This document shows, in pieces, positions 53,546-62,269 of a stretch of DNA of 64,000 nucleotides. The stretch's first letter is position 1. Every line of letters begins with the position of its first letter. The DNA is from Bacteroidota bacterium (GTDB lineage: Bacteria; Bacteroidota; Bacteroidia; Bacteroidales; FEN-979): positions 2,393 to 66,392 of the forward strand of contig JBAXIO010000014.1 in NCBI GenBank assembly GCA_037138335.1, read 5' to 3'. Below the pieces are notes generated by a model. It saw nothing but the letters and a program-made list of their open reading frames with translations. It did not search any database and was not told the origin of the DNA. Made by a program: the position numbers and the translations under genes.

Positions 53546-55510
53546 ATGAACAAAATAACCACCATACGCCTCAGGTTCTGGCTGCCATTTTCAATCTTTA
53601 CTACCATCACGGGTTTGTTGATTTTTTTTAGCTTGCTCCAGTACGAGGATTCCAGGAGGCATCTTGAAGAAAGTACTATCACCTCCTTGAAGGAACGTCT
53701 TACCACAATGGGCAACCGCCTGGAAAGGTTCTCAATTTACAATCTCGATTACCTTGTCAGTTATGAAATCGCTGAACTGAACTTCTCCAATGAAGCACAG
53801 TCGATTGCACTGGTTGACGATAAAGGAATAATTCTCAACGGCTCCCTGCTGGAATGGAAGGATCAACCCGTTACAAAATGCATCCCTGACTTCAATACTG
53901 CCGTTTACCGTTCCACGCTCCTGAAGAATATTCAGAAAACAATTTTATCAGGCGACGGGAACCACATCTATGCATACGAACCGGTTATGCTGCCCTCACC
54001 CCAGGGTGAGATCAGGTCGGTGCATCTTGGTTTGCTTTTTGTCGATTACAACCTGTCCCGCTTACGGTCTGCCCAAAGGGCAAGCCTTTTTATCCGGATC
54101 TCCGTTGACTGGGGCATCGGGATGTTCCTGATGATAGTGCTTTACCTGGCTCTTCGTTTCTGGATGACAATACCTTTCTGGCACATGCGGTCGATTATTA
54201 ACAGGTTCGGCAAAGGTTCCTATGATGCAAGGATAGATATTAAGGGGAACGGAGAACTGGCCGAACTCGGTAATGCGTTTAACCGTATGGCCGAGGATGT
54301 TTCCAGCCAAAGAAACAAGATGCATGAATTGCTTGATGAAAAAACACAGATTGAAAAAGACCTTCTGAGCGCAAAACACAAAGCGGAAGAAAGCGATAAC
54401 CTTAAGTCGGCTTTCCTGGCCAATATGTCACATGAAATAAGGACCCCGATGAACGGGATCCTTGGATTTACCAGTATACTTGAAGATCCCTCTCTTTCGG
54501 AAAACGACAGGGAGAAATACATTGCCATTGTACATAAGAGCTCCCAACAGCTCCTCGACATCATTAACGGCCTCATTGACATCTCAAAAATTGAAGCCGG
54601 CCAGGAAACCCTGAACTTTAAGACGTTTAATCTGAATCAGCTTGCAAACGATTTGATTTCTTTTTTCCTGCCGCAGGCAGAAACCCTGGGTTTAAAACTT
54701 GTTCTTCATAAAGCAATGACCGACAGGGAATCACTTATCTGCAGCGATCCTGTAAAACTCCGGCAAATCCTTGTCAATCTCCTCGGGAATGCATTTAAAT
54801 TCACTTCTGAAGGCAGCATCACACTAAGTTACCGGGTTGACGGCCCAAAACTGGTTTTCACGGTGGAAGACACCGGCATAGGCATAGCACCAGAACTGTT
54901 CCAGGTGATTTTTGACCGGTTCAGGCAGGCCGAGATTAAACCCTCCGGGAAATTCGGCGGGACTGGCCTGGGCCTCTCGATTTCAAAATCATATGCTGAG
55001 ATGCTGGGAGGGTCTGCTTGGGTCGAATCCGAGCCCGGGAAAGGCAGCCGGTTCTTTGTTTCTGTCCCTTATGTTCCCGGATTCGCTGCCCGGGAGGAAG
55101 GTTCAGATCAGAAGGATGACGGCCGTATTGAGGCTGTGCAGTCTTTTCATGGCAAGACAATTTTACTGGTTGATGATCTTGACGATAATGCTTTGTTCAT
55201 TAATCATATTCTAAGGAATACCCGGGTAATGGTAATGAGAGCAAAAAATGGAAAAGAATCCATAGAGTTTATTGCTCAGCATCCAGGTATTTCACTTGTG
55301 CTGATGGATATAAAAATGCCTGATATGGATGGATACGAGGCAACACGAAAAATCAAAAGCATCAGGCCGCTTCTCCCGGTTATTGCCACAACCGCTTATG
55401 CACTTGCCGGTGACCGTGAGAAATGCCTGGCTGCCGGATGCGACGATTATCTCTGCAAACCGATCAGCAAGGAAAAGCTGTTAGTGATTATAGAAAAATT
55501 TATACAATAA
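53546..55510 (+). CDS. Hybrid sensor histidine kinase/response regulator (TM-periplasmic-TM-HAMP-HisKA-HATPase-REC)
   Basis: Two TM helices flank a region of about 150 aa. HAMP is seen (GELAELGNAFNRMAEDV), then the H-box MSHEIRTPMNGILG, the N/G boxes LLGNAFKFT, DTGIGI and GGTGLGLSI, and the receiver LLVDDLDDN...LMDIKMPDMDG...CKP. Confidence 0.9.
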   Translation: MNKITTIRLRFWLPFSIFTTITGLLIFFSLLQYEDSRRHLEESTITSLKERLTTMGNRLERFSIYNLDYLVSYEIAELNFSNEAQSIALVDDKGIILNGSLLEWKDQPVTKCIPDFNTAVYRSTLLKNIQKTILSGDGNHIYAYEPVMLPSPQGEIRSVHLGLLFVDYNLSRLRSAQRASLFIRISVDWGIGMFLMIVLYLALRFWMTIPFWHMRSIINRFGKGSYDARIDIKGNGELAELGNAFNRMAEDVSSQRNKMHELLDEKTQIEKDLLSAKHKAEESDNLKSAFLANMSHEIRTPMNGILGFTSILEDPSLSENDREKYIAIVHKSSQQLLDIINGLIDISKIEAGQETLNFKTFNLNQLANDLISFFLPQAETLGLKLVLHKAMTDRESLICSDPVKLRQILVNLLGNAFKFTSEGSITLSYRVDGPKLVFTVEDTGIGIAPELFQVIFDRFRQAEIKPSGKFGGTGLGLSISKSYAEMLGGSAWVESEPGKGSRFFVSVPYVPGFAAREEGSDQKDDGRIEAVQSFHGKTILLVDDLDDNALFINHILRNTRVMVMRAKNGKESIEFIAQHPGISLVLMDIKMPDMDGYEATRKIKSIRPLLPVIATTAYALAGDREKCLAAGCDDYLCKPISKEKLLVIIEKFIQ

Positions 55511-55682
55511 CCAAAAGGCTTCGGTGCCGGTGCATCCCTTGAAGTCATTTCCCTGTTTATTTCAATCAGGTCTTGCCGGCCTTTCTGAACATTAGAAAAG
55601 TTTGAGATCTGCCGTACCCGGGGATTTTTTAAACAGGATTTTGATTTTTATTATCTCCAATTGTGGAGTGTTGGGAAAATGG

Positions 55683-55690
55683 TATTTTTG
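55683..55690 (+). promoter_or_regulatory. Bacteroidota -7 promoter box (TAttTTTG)
   Basis: TATTTTTG lies about 30 nt upstream of ATG 55721. Confidence 0.45.
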
Positions 55691-55720
55691 AAAAAAATTA
55701 ACATTCTAACGGGAAACCAT

Positions 55721-57199
55721 ATGAAAAAACACTTATTCTTTTTCGCTGCAATGATATTTTTTTCCTGCCAGGCATTTGCCATCCTGCCACATGTAAATCC
55801 TGCTTTTCATGCAGGGACAGACCGTTTTACCAATCTGCAGGATCATCATAATACACCTCCCGGGAATGGTTTTTTCAGTAACTTTCAAAACAGGGCATTG
55901 ATCAAACTTGCATCGGTCGTCTGCAATTGGGATACGATAATTTCATACGGCACGTCAGGCGAACTCGAAAGGCATACGGCTACCCTTGACAACCATGGCA
56001 ATATGTTGAGCCATTTAACACAGAGAAGGCTGGGCGGGGCATGGGTAAACAGCTTCAGACAAACTTATTCCTATGATGCCAGCGGAAATGAGCTAACCGA
56101 ATTGGATGAAAATTGGCAATCAGGGGCCTGGGTAAATTCCACGAGAATGACATATACCTATGATGCCGGCGGGAACCAGGTTTCCGAGTTGGACGAAGCC
56201 TTTCAATCCAACACCTGGGTCAATAATATGAGGTACACAAACACTTATGATGCATATGGAAATTTTCTGACCGAGCTCTCTGAACAATGGAATACCAGTA
56301 CCTGGGAAAACTATATGCGCTGGACCGACACTTATGACATACATAATAATATAATCAGCACCCTTCAAGAATCCTGGCAGTCAGGGGCATGGGAGAATCA
56401 ACTTAAGTATACCAATTCCTACGACACCTTCAATCATCTGCTTACCCAGCAATACCAGGAATGGCAGTCAGGAGCATGGGTAAACGGTTACCTGATTACT
56501 TTCACCAATGATCCTGACGGGAATATACTTACCGAATTGTTTCAAAACTGGCAATCTAATGCATGGGAGAACTCTACTTTTGAAACCTATATTTACAATA
56601 CCGGCGGAAGGTGTACTTCTTCGCATTTACAAACGTGGGATGCAGGCGCATGGGTGGATAACCAGCAATGTGAATTTGCATATGATGCAAACGGGAATAA
56701 ACTGACCGAAACCTGGCAGATTTGGCAAACGAATGTGTGGGAGAATTATACGCGGTATTCCTACACCTATGATGCCAATGGAAATTCAATTACAGGGAAA
56801 TATGAAGAATCCATTGCCGGTGTTTGGACTCCCGCCCTTGGGATGCTATCCATTTATTCAAAACAAATCTGGATTTATTTCCTGTCAGGGGTGTATGAGT
56901 ATAATGCACATTTTCAATGCTTTGATCATACCGGTATAGATAACAAACATGAAACATCCGGCAATCTCATTGTTTATCCTGATCCTTCAAGCGGGGCGAT
57001 CACAGTTTCCATAATCGGTTTCAGCAAGGAAAGGAGCTACCGGATGTCGGTTTGTAATCTGAATGGAGAGGCAGTACTGCAAACCTCATTAACCAATGAA
57101 AATACTGAACTCGATATCAGCATGCTCCCAAAAGGTTTATATTTATTGAAAGTTGCTGATGGACAGAGCAATATTACCAAAAAAATCCTGAAGAAATAG
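55721..57199 (+). CDS. T9SS-sorted secreted protein built from ten 29-residue YD-like repeats
   Basis: The start is at MKKHLFFFAAMIFFSCQAFA. The repeats follow the pattern T(Y)xYDxxGNxLTELxExWQSGAWVNxxxx. The CTD reads LIVYPDPSSGAITVSI...GLYLLKVADGQSNITKKILKK. Confidence 0.75.
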   Translation: MKKHLFFFAAMIFFSCQAFAILPHVNPAFHAGTDRFTNLQDHHNTPPGNGFFSNFQNRALIKLASVVCNWDTIISYGTSGELERHTATLDNHGNMLSHLTQRRLGGAWVNSFRQTYSYDASGNELTELDENWQSGAWVNSTRMTYTYDAGGNQVSELDEAFQSNTWVNNMRYTNTYDAYGNFLTELSEQWNTSTWENYMRWTDTYDIHNNIISTLQESWQSGAWENQLKYTNSYDTFNHLLTQQYQEWQSGAWVNGYLITFTNDPDGNILTELFQNWQSNAWENSTFETYIYNTGGRCTSSHLQTWDAGAWVDNQQCEFAYDANGNKLTETWQIWQTNVWENYTRYSYTYDANGNSITGKYEESIAGVWTPALGMLSIYSKQIWIYFLSGVYEYNAHFQCFDHTGIDNKHETSGNLIVYPDPSSGAITVSIIGFSKERSYRMSVCNLNGEAVLQTSLTNENTELDISMLPKGLYLLKVADGQSNITKKILKK

Positions 57200-57286
57200 T
57201 CCGCCTGGAAATCTCGTCAACGAGATCAGACCGTTTTTTCTTTCCTTTTCATCATCAACAAATTGGGAGTTTCCGGGAAAAGATGG

Positions 57287-57294
57287 TAAATTTG
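57287..57294 (+). promoter_or_regulatory. Bacteroidota -7 promoter box (TAaaTTTG)
   Basis: TAAATTTG lies about 80 nt upstream of ATG 57375. Confidence 0.4.
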
Positions 57295-57374
57295 CACCGC
57301 TTTTCTGATAGCTGTCAGTTAGTGATGTCCTTATTCGGAAAAGCATTCCTCCACGAGAAATTTATCAGTAAACA

Positions 57375-59195
57375 ATGAAAAAAATTTGTTTGGTACTAGT
57401 ATCATTGGGCTTTATCGTGTCAGGATGGGCACAAACCTTAAATGAAAGTTTTAATGGAACAACTTTCCCCCCTGCAGGATGGCAGAACATCCAGGCTGCG
57501 GGAACCGGGTTGTGGAAGCGGGTAACCGCCGGTGTGACCCCCGCTTGCAGTCCTCATAGCGGGACAGGCATGGCAGAATATAATAGTTATGACTTCCTGC
57601 CCACAGTGAATGCGCTGCTGGTTTCCCCACCCCTGGACTTTACCGGCTCATCAGTACATGTGTTCAGTTTCTGGCAATATGGCGATTCGGGCTGGCCAAT
57701 ATATAATGACAGTATCGGCGTTTACTATAATTCTGCTGCCAGTTTGACCGGGGCAACCTGGTTAGCAACAATACCAAGATACAACCCGGTGGATGGATGG
57801 TATAAACACTCCTACCTTCTTCCGGCCGGCCTTACCGGGACCAACTACCTTATTTTGAGGGGATACAGCCAGTATGGCGACAATATGTTTGTGGATGATG
57901 TAAGCCTCACGGTTCCTCCTGCCGACGATCTGTCAACCATTTCAATCAATAATGAAAAGTATTTAACAAGCACGGCACCGATAATACCTTCAGCCACTAT
58001 AAAAAATACCGGATTAACTACTGAAACAGGGTTTCAGGTGGTCTGCAAAATTTATAATTATGATAACAATGAAATATATTCCGACAGCCTGACAGTGACA
58101 TCCATCGCTTTATGGGATACTGCCGTTGTGAACTTTACATCATTTACGCTTCCCGAATCCGAAGCGATATATAAAATGAAGATCTATACTTCCCTGGCCT
58201 CAGACATGGATCATTCCAATGACACCCTGGTGAAAACGGTTTATACATATACGCATGATAAACAATACGTTCTACTGGAGGTTGCGACCGGTACATGGTG
58301 CCAGTTTTGTCCGGGAGCTGCTATGGGGGCCGACGACCTTGTTCAGAACGGCCAGCAGGTAGCTGTGGTTGAAAATCATAACGGCGACACTTATGCTTAT
58401 ACCGCTTCGAATACGCGGAACAGTTATTATGTTATCCCCGGTTATCCAACTGCTATTTTTGACGGGATCAAACGGCTTGAGGGCGGTGATCATTCGGTTA
58501 GCCTGTATACATCGTATTTACCGATTTACGAATCAGAGTACGCCATAAAAACTGCTTTTGGCATCACCATAAGTGAAGGATACAGTTCAGGCAACATTTA
58601 CAACGTGTCGGTCACTGTAGACAGGTTTGGCGAAACACCCTTTGCAAACAGTAACCTGGTTTTGCATTTAGCATTGACCCAATCGCATATCATGGTAAAC
58701 TGGCAGGGGCAAAACCACCTGGAATTTGTGAACCGGGCCATGCCACCTGATGCCTCAGGAACCCCTGTTAATTTAAAAAATGTTAACCAGGTAACAGTTC
58801 CCTTGACATTTACCGTCAATCCTGCCTGGGGCGGAGACCTGACAACTGATTATGAACTGGTCGCCTGGGTTCAGGATTTAACAACCAGGCAGGTTATCGA
58901 CGCCGAAAAGGTCAATCTGCAGTCAATTATGGTTGGGGTTAAAGAACAAAATAACAGCCGGGGCGTGATGAAAATTTACCCCAACCCGGTAAAAAACATC
59001 CTCACGGTTGAAACATTGCAATCAGCCGGTAATAGCACTTTGACAATTTTTGACGTCAGTGGGCAGGAACTGTTAACACGGCCTGTTGTTTCCGCCAAAA
59101 CGCAACTGGACCTGAGTGGTTTTGCAAAGGGTGTTTATACCGTCAGGCTCCTGAATAATAACCAGGTTGAAGTAAGAAAGATCGTAAAGGAATAA
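57375..59195 (+). CDS. T9SS-sorted secreted protein with an N-terminal MAM/choice-of-anchor-J-like domain and an Omp28-related thioredoxin-like region
   Basis: A signal peptide is followed by LNESFNGTTFPPAGWQNI...FVDDVSL. The middle region reads LLEVATGTWCQFCPGAAMG (TGTWCxxCP). The CTD reads MKIYPNPVKNILTVE...GVYTVRLLNNNQVEVRKIVKE. Confidence 0.7.
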   Translation: MKKICLVLVSLGFIVSGWAQTLNESFNGTTFPPAGWQNIQAAGTGLWKRVTAGVTPACSPHSGTGMAEYNSYDFLPTVNALLVSPPLDFTGSSVHVFSFWQYGDSGWPIYNDSIGVYYNSAASLTGATWLATIPRYNPVDGWYKHSYLLPAGLTGTNYLILRGYSQYGDNMFVDDVSLTVPPADDLSTISINNEKYLTSTAPIIPSATIKNTGLTTETGFQVVCKIYNYDNNEIYSDSLTVTSIALWDTAVVNFTSFTLPESEAIYKMKIYTSLASDMDHSNDTLVKTVYTYTHDKQYVLLEVATGTWCQFCPGAAMGADDLVQNGQQVAVVENHNGDTYAYTASNTRNSYYVIPGYPTAIFDGIKRLEGGDHSVSLYTSYLPIYESEYAIKTAFGITISEGYSSGNIYNVSVTVDRFGETPFANSNLVLHLALTQSHIMVNWQGQNHLEFVNRAMPPDASGTPVNLKNVNQVTVPLTFTVNPAWGGDLTTDYELVAWVQDLTTRQVIDAEKVNLQSIMVGVKEQNNSRGVMKIYPNPVKNILTVETLQSAGNSTLTIFDVSGQELLTRPVVSAKTQLDLSGFAKGVYTVRLLNNNQVEVRKIVKE

Positions 59196-59219
59196 ACAGG
59201 ATTAAGCCTGATACTGTTT

Positions 59220-59552
59220 TCACGGAACTATGCATTTTCTTGTGATACAATTCCTGCCGGTCCTGGGCCTGTAAAAATAAACTCCCGGGCAGGTATCCCC
59301 TGTATCCCGGATAACAAGGTAATGATCTGGTCCCCGGGGTTCATCTTCAAACGAGGCCGCAAGCTTCCCGCCGATATCATAAACGGATATTAAAACCCAT
59401 GAATTTTGTTCAATAGCAAAGGCAATGACTGCGGATGACTTTAAGGGGTTGGGACACATTGGCTCAAGTACAAGGCCCGAACCGGCAATGTCCTTTTCTG
59501 TACCAGCTAATTTAAAATAAAACAGGCGAAATTCATACTTTTGGAGTTTCAC
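59220..59552 (-). pseudogene. Orphan T9SS C-terminal sorting domain (probable remnant of a truncated cargo gene)
   Basis: The 110-aa ORF consists almost only of a CTD (CPNPLKSSAVIAFAI...VLISVYDIGGKLAASF...PGVYFYRPRTG...ITRK). It has no signal peptide or cargo domain. Confidence 0.55.
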
Positions 59553-59597
59553 GTGTTTTATTGTATTTTAGTCAGGCTATTCCAAAACCCCAAAACC

Positions 59598-60851
59598 ATG
59601 AACCGGATTCTCTCTTTATCAATTCTGCTGCTGCTTTCATACAATGTTCTAAAGGCACAAAATGTCGAGTGTTTTGTGCTTACCGCTCCCGAAACCCGCC
59701 TTACGGAAGTTAAACGCCTCTCGGTCCTGGATTTTTCAGGTGAAAAAGGCCGTCAGCTTACCGATTACCTGATTGTTGAACTGATGAAGACCGACCGGGG
59801 TATCAAAAGCATTTCAGGGGGGTTGTTCTCCTCGGCTAAGGAAGGAAAAACCTTTCAGAAGGGAGCAAGGACCAATTTATACTCGGTTGTTGAACGCGAC
59901 CAGATCGACAAGGTATTAAAGGAGCAGAATTTCAGCAATTCAGGAATAGTCGATGATGCCCAGGCGACGCAAATCGGGAAAGTACTGGGCATAGACGCGA
60001 TCATTTCAGGATCGGTTAGTTACACATCCAAGGATGAGCAGAGCGAAACCACGACCTTTGACCTTAGTGGAAAATCGTCCACAGTCCCTTGTTTGAAGCG
60101 CACGGTCACAGCCGAGGCCAGGATCAGGATCATATCAGTAACCACCGGACTGGTTATCGGAGTAAGCAGTCCGAAAGCAGAATTTTATGAAAGGAAGTGC
60201 GGAAGTGAACGTTCCGGATTGCAGTCGGCCGCCGCCATTGCAAACGCATGTTATCAGGACCTCGCCTTTAAACTTGCAAATTCATTCAGCCCTTATTTTA
60301 AAAACGTGAAGTTTGAGTTTGAGAAGATCAAGACCAAAGAATTTAAGGACAAGTCCAAACAGGCTCTTGAATATATTGAGTCCAGCGATTTCGACAAGGC
60401 AGCAAACATTTACAAGGCAATACTTGAAGCTGATCCTTATACTGCCGCAGCTGCATACAACCTTGGTTGCCTGAACACCATCGTAGGGAACTATGACGAG
60501 GCTTACCAGTACTATAAAACTGCATCAGAAATTGACGAGGCTGCTTTCGGGCAATATGTTAAAAAAGCCGAAGCACAGGTAGAGATGAACAAGATCCTCC
60601 AGGCAATGGGTATCAGCATTGAGAAACAGGGTTTTGAATCTTCAACTTCCGCTCTTGCCGACAAAGTAAAAACCAGGGGCAATAAGAGCGACCGTTACGA
60701 TGCAAGGGAAAAACCCGACGAAGGTTCCGCCTCCGTGGCGCGCATCCCGGGTGATACTGAATTCACGGTGATCAAACGCGAAGGGGATTGGTACCTGATA
60801 AAATTGCTCGGGGGGAAACAGGGATATATCAATCAATCGTTTGTAAAATAA
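59598..60851 (+). CDS. Secreted CsgG/LpoB-like domain protein with TPR-like repeats and a C-terminal SH3b-like domain
   Basis: The start is at MNRILSLSILLLLSYNVLKAQ. RLSVLDFSGEKG...VVERDQIDKVLKEQNFSNSGIVDDAQATQIGKVLGIDAIISGSV is CsgG-family-like. DFDKAANIYKAILEADPYTAAAAYNLGCLNTIVGNYDEAYQYY is TPR-like. The C-terminal GDWYLIKLLGGKQGYINQSFV is SH3b-like. Confidence 0.7.
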   Translation: MNRILSLSILLLLSYNVLKAQNVECFVLTAPETRLTEVKRLSVLDFSGEKGRQLTDYLIVELMKTDRGIKSISGGLFSSAKEGKTFQKGARTNLYSVVERDQIDKVLKEQNFSNSGIVDDAQATQIGKVLGIDAIISGSVSYTSKDEQSETTTFDLSGKSSTVPCLKRTVTAEARIRIISVTTGLVIGVSSPKAEFYERKCGSERSGLQSAAAIANACYQDLAFKLANSFSPYFKNVKFEFEKIKTKEFKDKSKQALEYIESSDFDKAANIYKAILEADPYTAAAAYNLGCLNTIVGNYDEAYQYYKTASEIDEAAFGQYVKKAEAQVEMNKILQAMGISIEKQGFESSTSALADKVKTRGNKSDRYDAREKPDEGSASVARIPGDTEFTVIKREGDWYLIKLLGGKQGYINQSFVK

Positions 60852-60862
60852 GAAGTTCTGTT

Positions 60863-62161
60863 ATGCAAAAAAATATCCTTTACCAGGGATTTCTCCTGTT
60901 TTTTCTGATCCTTGCCTTACAGCCCTGCTTCGCCCAGAAACGTGTGGCTGTTATTAAAATTGATCATAATACAGGCAACCCTGCCGGGCCAAATGCAATT
61001 GAATCTGCAATACATACCATGCTCCTCGGCAACGGGTATTCGGTGGTTGCCGATACGGTCGCTGCCGATTACAAGATCAGGTTCTCTGCAACCACCGTCA
61101 GTACAAATACTACGAACGACCTCACATTTATTTATATAAACGCCGAGGTTGCGATCATAGATCTGCCAAGCCGCAAAGAGACCTATCACCTGCAGCTTTC
61201 AGGGATTAAAGGCGGTGGTGTGAATATGGCCGTTGCTTATCAGAAAGCATACCGCTTTGCCGGCCGCAAAATCGCTGATTCTATCGGGCAACTCCTCAAA
61301 GGGAGTCCGCAGCTTGCCGCCCAGACCGGACCGGCCCAGGCTGCTGCTGTTACACCACCCTCCGATGTGGACCTTAACATCCCCGAAACTCCCATCCGTA
61401 ATGACAAAACCTATGCCCTTGTCATCGGTAACGAAGATTACAAATCATATCAGCAGGACCTTAACGATGAAGTGAATGTCGATTTTGCCATCCATGATGC
61501 CAGCATTTTCAAGACATACCTGAACAAAACACTCGGTATTCCCGAGGAAAATATTAAGCTGTTACTCAATGCTAAATCTATAGAGATGCACCGTGAGGTC
61601 AGGAAACTAGTTTCTTACATTAAAGCCCTCAACGGGACCGCCGGGATTATTGTTTTTTATGCAGGCCATGGCCTGCCCGATGAGGTTACCCATGAGCCTT
61701 TCCTAATCCCTGTTGATGTAAGCGGGAGCGACCTCCAGTTTGCAGTTAAATTAAGCGACCTGTGTGCCGAGCTTACATCCTTCCCTGCCGGCAGGGTCAC
61801 CCTGTTCATCGATGCCTGTTTTACCGGCGGAGCACGCAACCAGGCCCTTATTGCTGCCCGGGGAGTTAAGATCAAGCCCAAAACCGATGCGTTATCAGGG
61901 AATCTGGTGATATTCTCTGCCAGCAGCGGCGACCAGTCTTCCCTGGCATACAAACCCAAAAGCCACGGCATGTTCACCTATTACCTGCTGAAGAAGATCC
62001 AGGAAACAAAAGGGAATGTCAGCTATAAAAGCCTTGGAGACTTCCTCTCCCGCGAAGTGGCAATCCAGTCGGTCAGGATCAATAACAAAGACCAGAACCC
62101 CCAGGTTCGCGCAAGTGACGACCTCCGCGACCAATGGGAATCCTGGATGCTGAGGCCCTGA
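60863..62161 (+). CDS. Secreted caspase-family (peptidase C14) protein with an N-terminal CsgG/LpoB-like alpha/beta domain
   Basis: The start is at MQKNILYQGFLLFFLILALQPCFAQ. The caspase p20-like core reads YALVIGNEDYKSY...VDFAIHDASIF...IIVFYAGHGLPD (catalytic His context) and TLFIDACFTGGA (catalytic Cys context). Confidence 0.8.
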   Translation: MQKNILYQGFLLFFLILALQPCFAQKRVAVIKIDHNTGNPAGPNAIESAIHTMLLGNGYSVVADTVAADYKIRFSATTVSTNTTNDLTFIYINAEVAIIDLPSRKETYHLQLSGIKGGGVNMAVAYQKAYRFAGRKIADSIGQLLKGSPQLAAQTGPAQAAAVTPPSDVDLNIPETPIRNDKTYALVIGNEDYKSYQQDLNDEVNVDFAIHDASIFKTYLNKTLGIPEENIKLLLNAKSIEMHREVRKLVSYIKALNGTAGIIVFYAGHGLPDEVTHEPFLIPVDVSGSDLQFAVKLSDLCAELTSFPAGRVTLFIDACFTGGARNQALIAARGVKIKPKTDALSGNLVIFSASSGDQSSLAYKPKSHGMFTYYLLKKIQETKGNVSYKSLGDFLSREVAIQSVRINNKDQNPQVRASDDLRDQWESWMLRP

Positions 62162-62269
62162 ACTGTTAGGCAAATGTAATAATAAGAAAACTGGATTCAA
62201 ACTTGCCTTGTGAAATCTTTCACACTATTTTAGCTGAAAGTATTTTGTTGATTTAAAAGTCACTGAACT

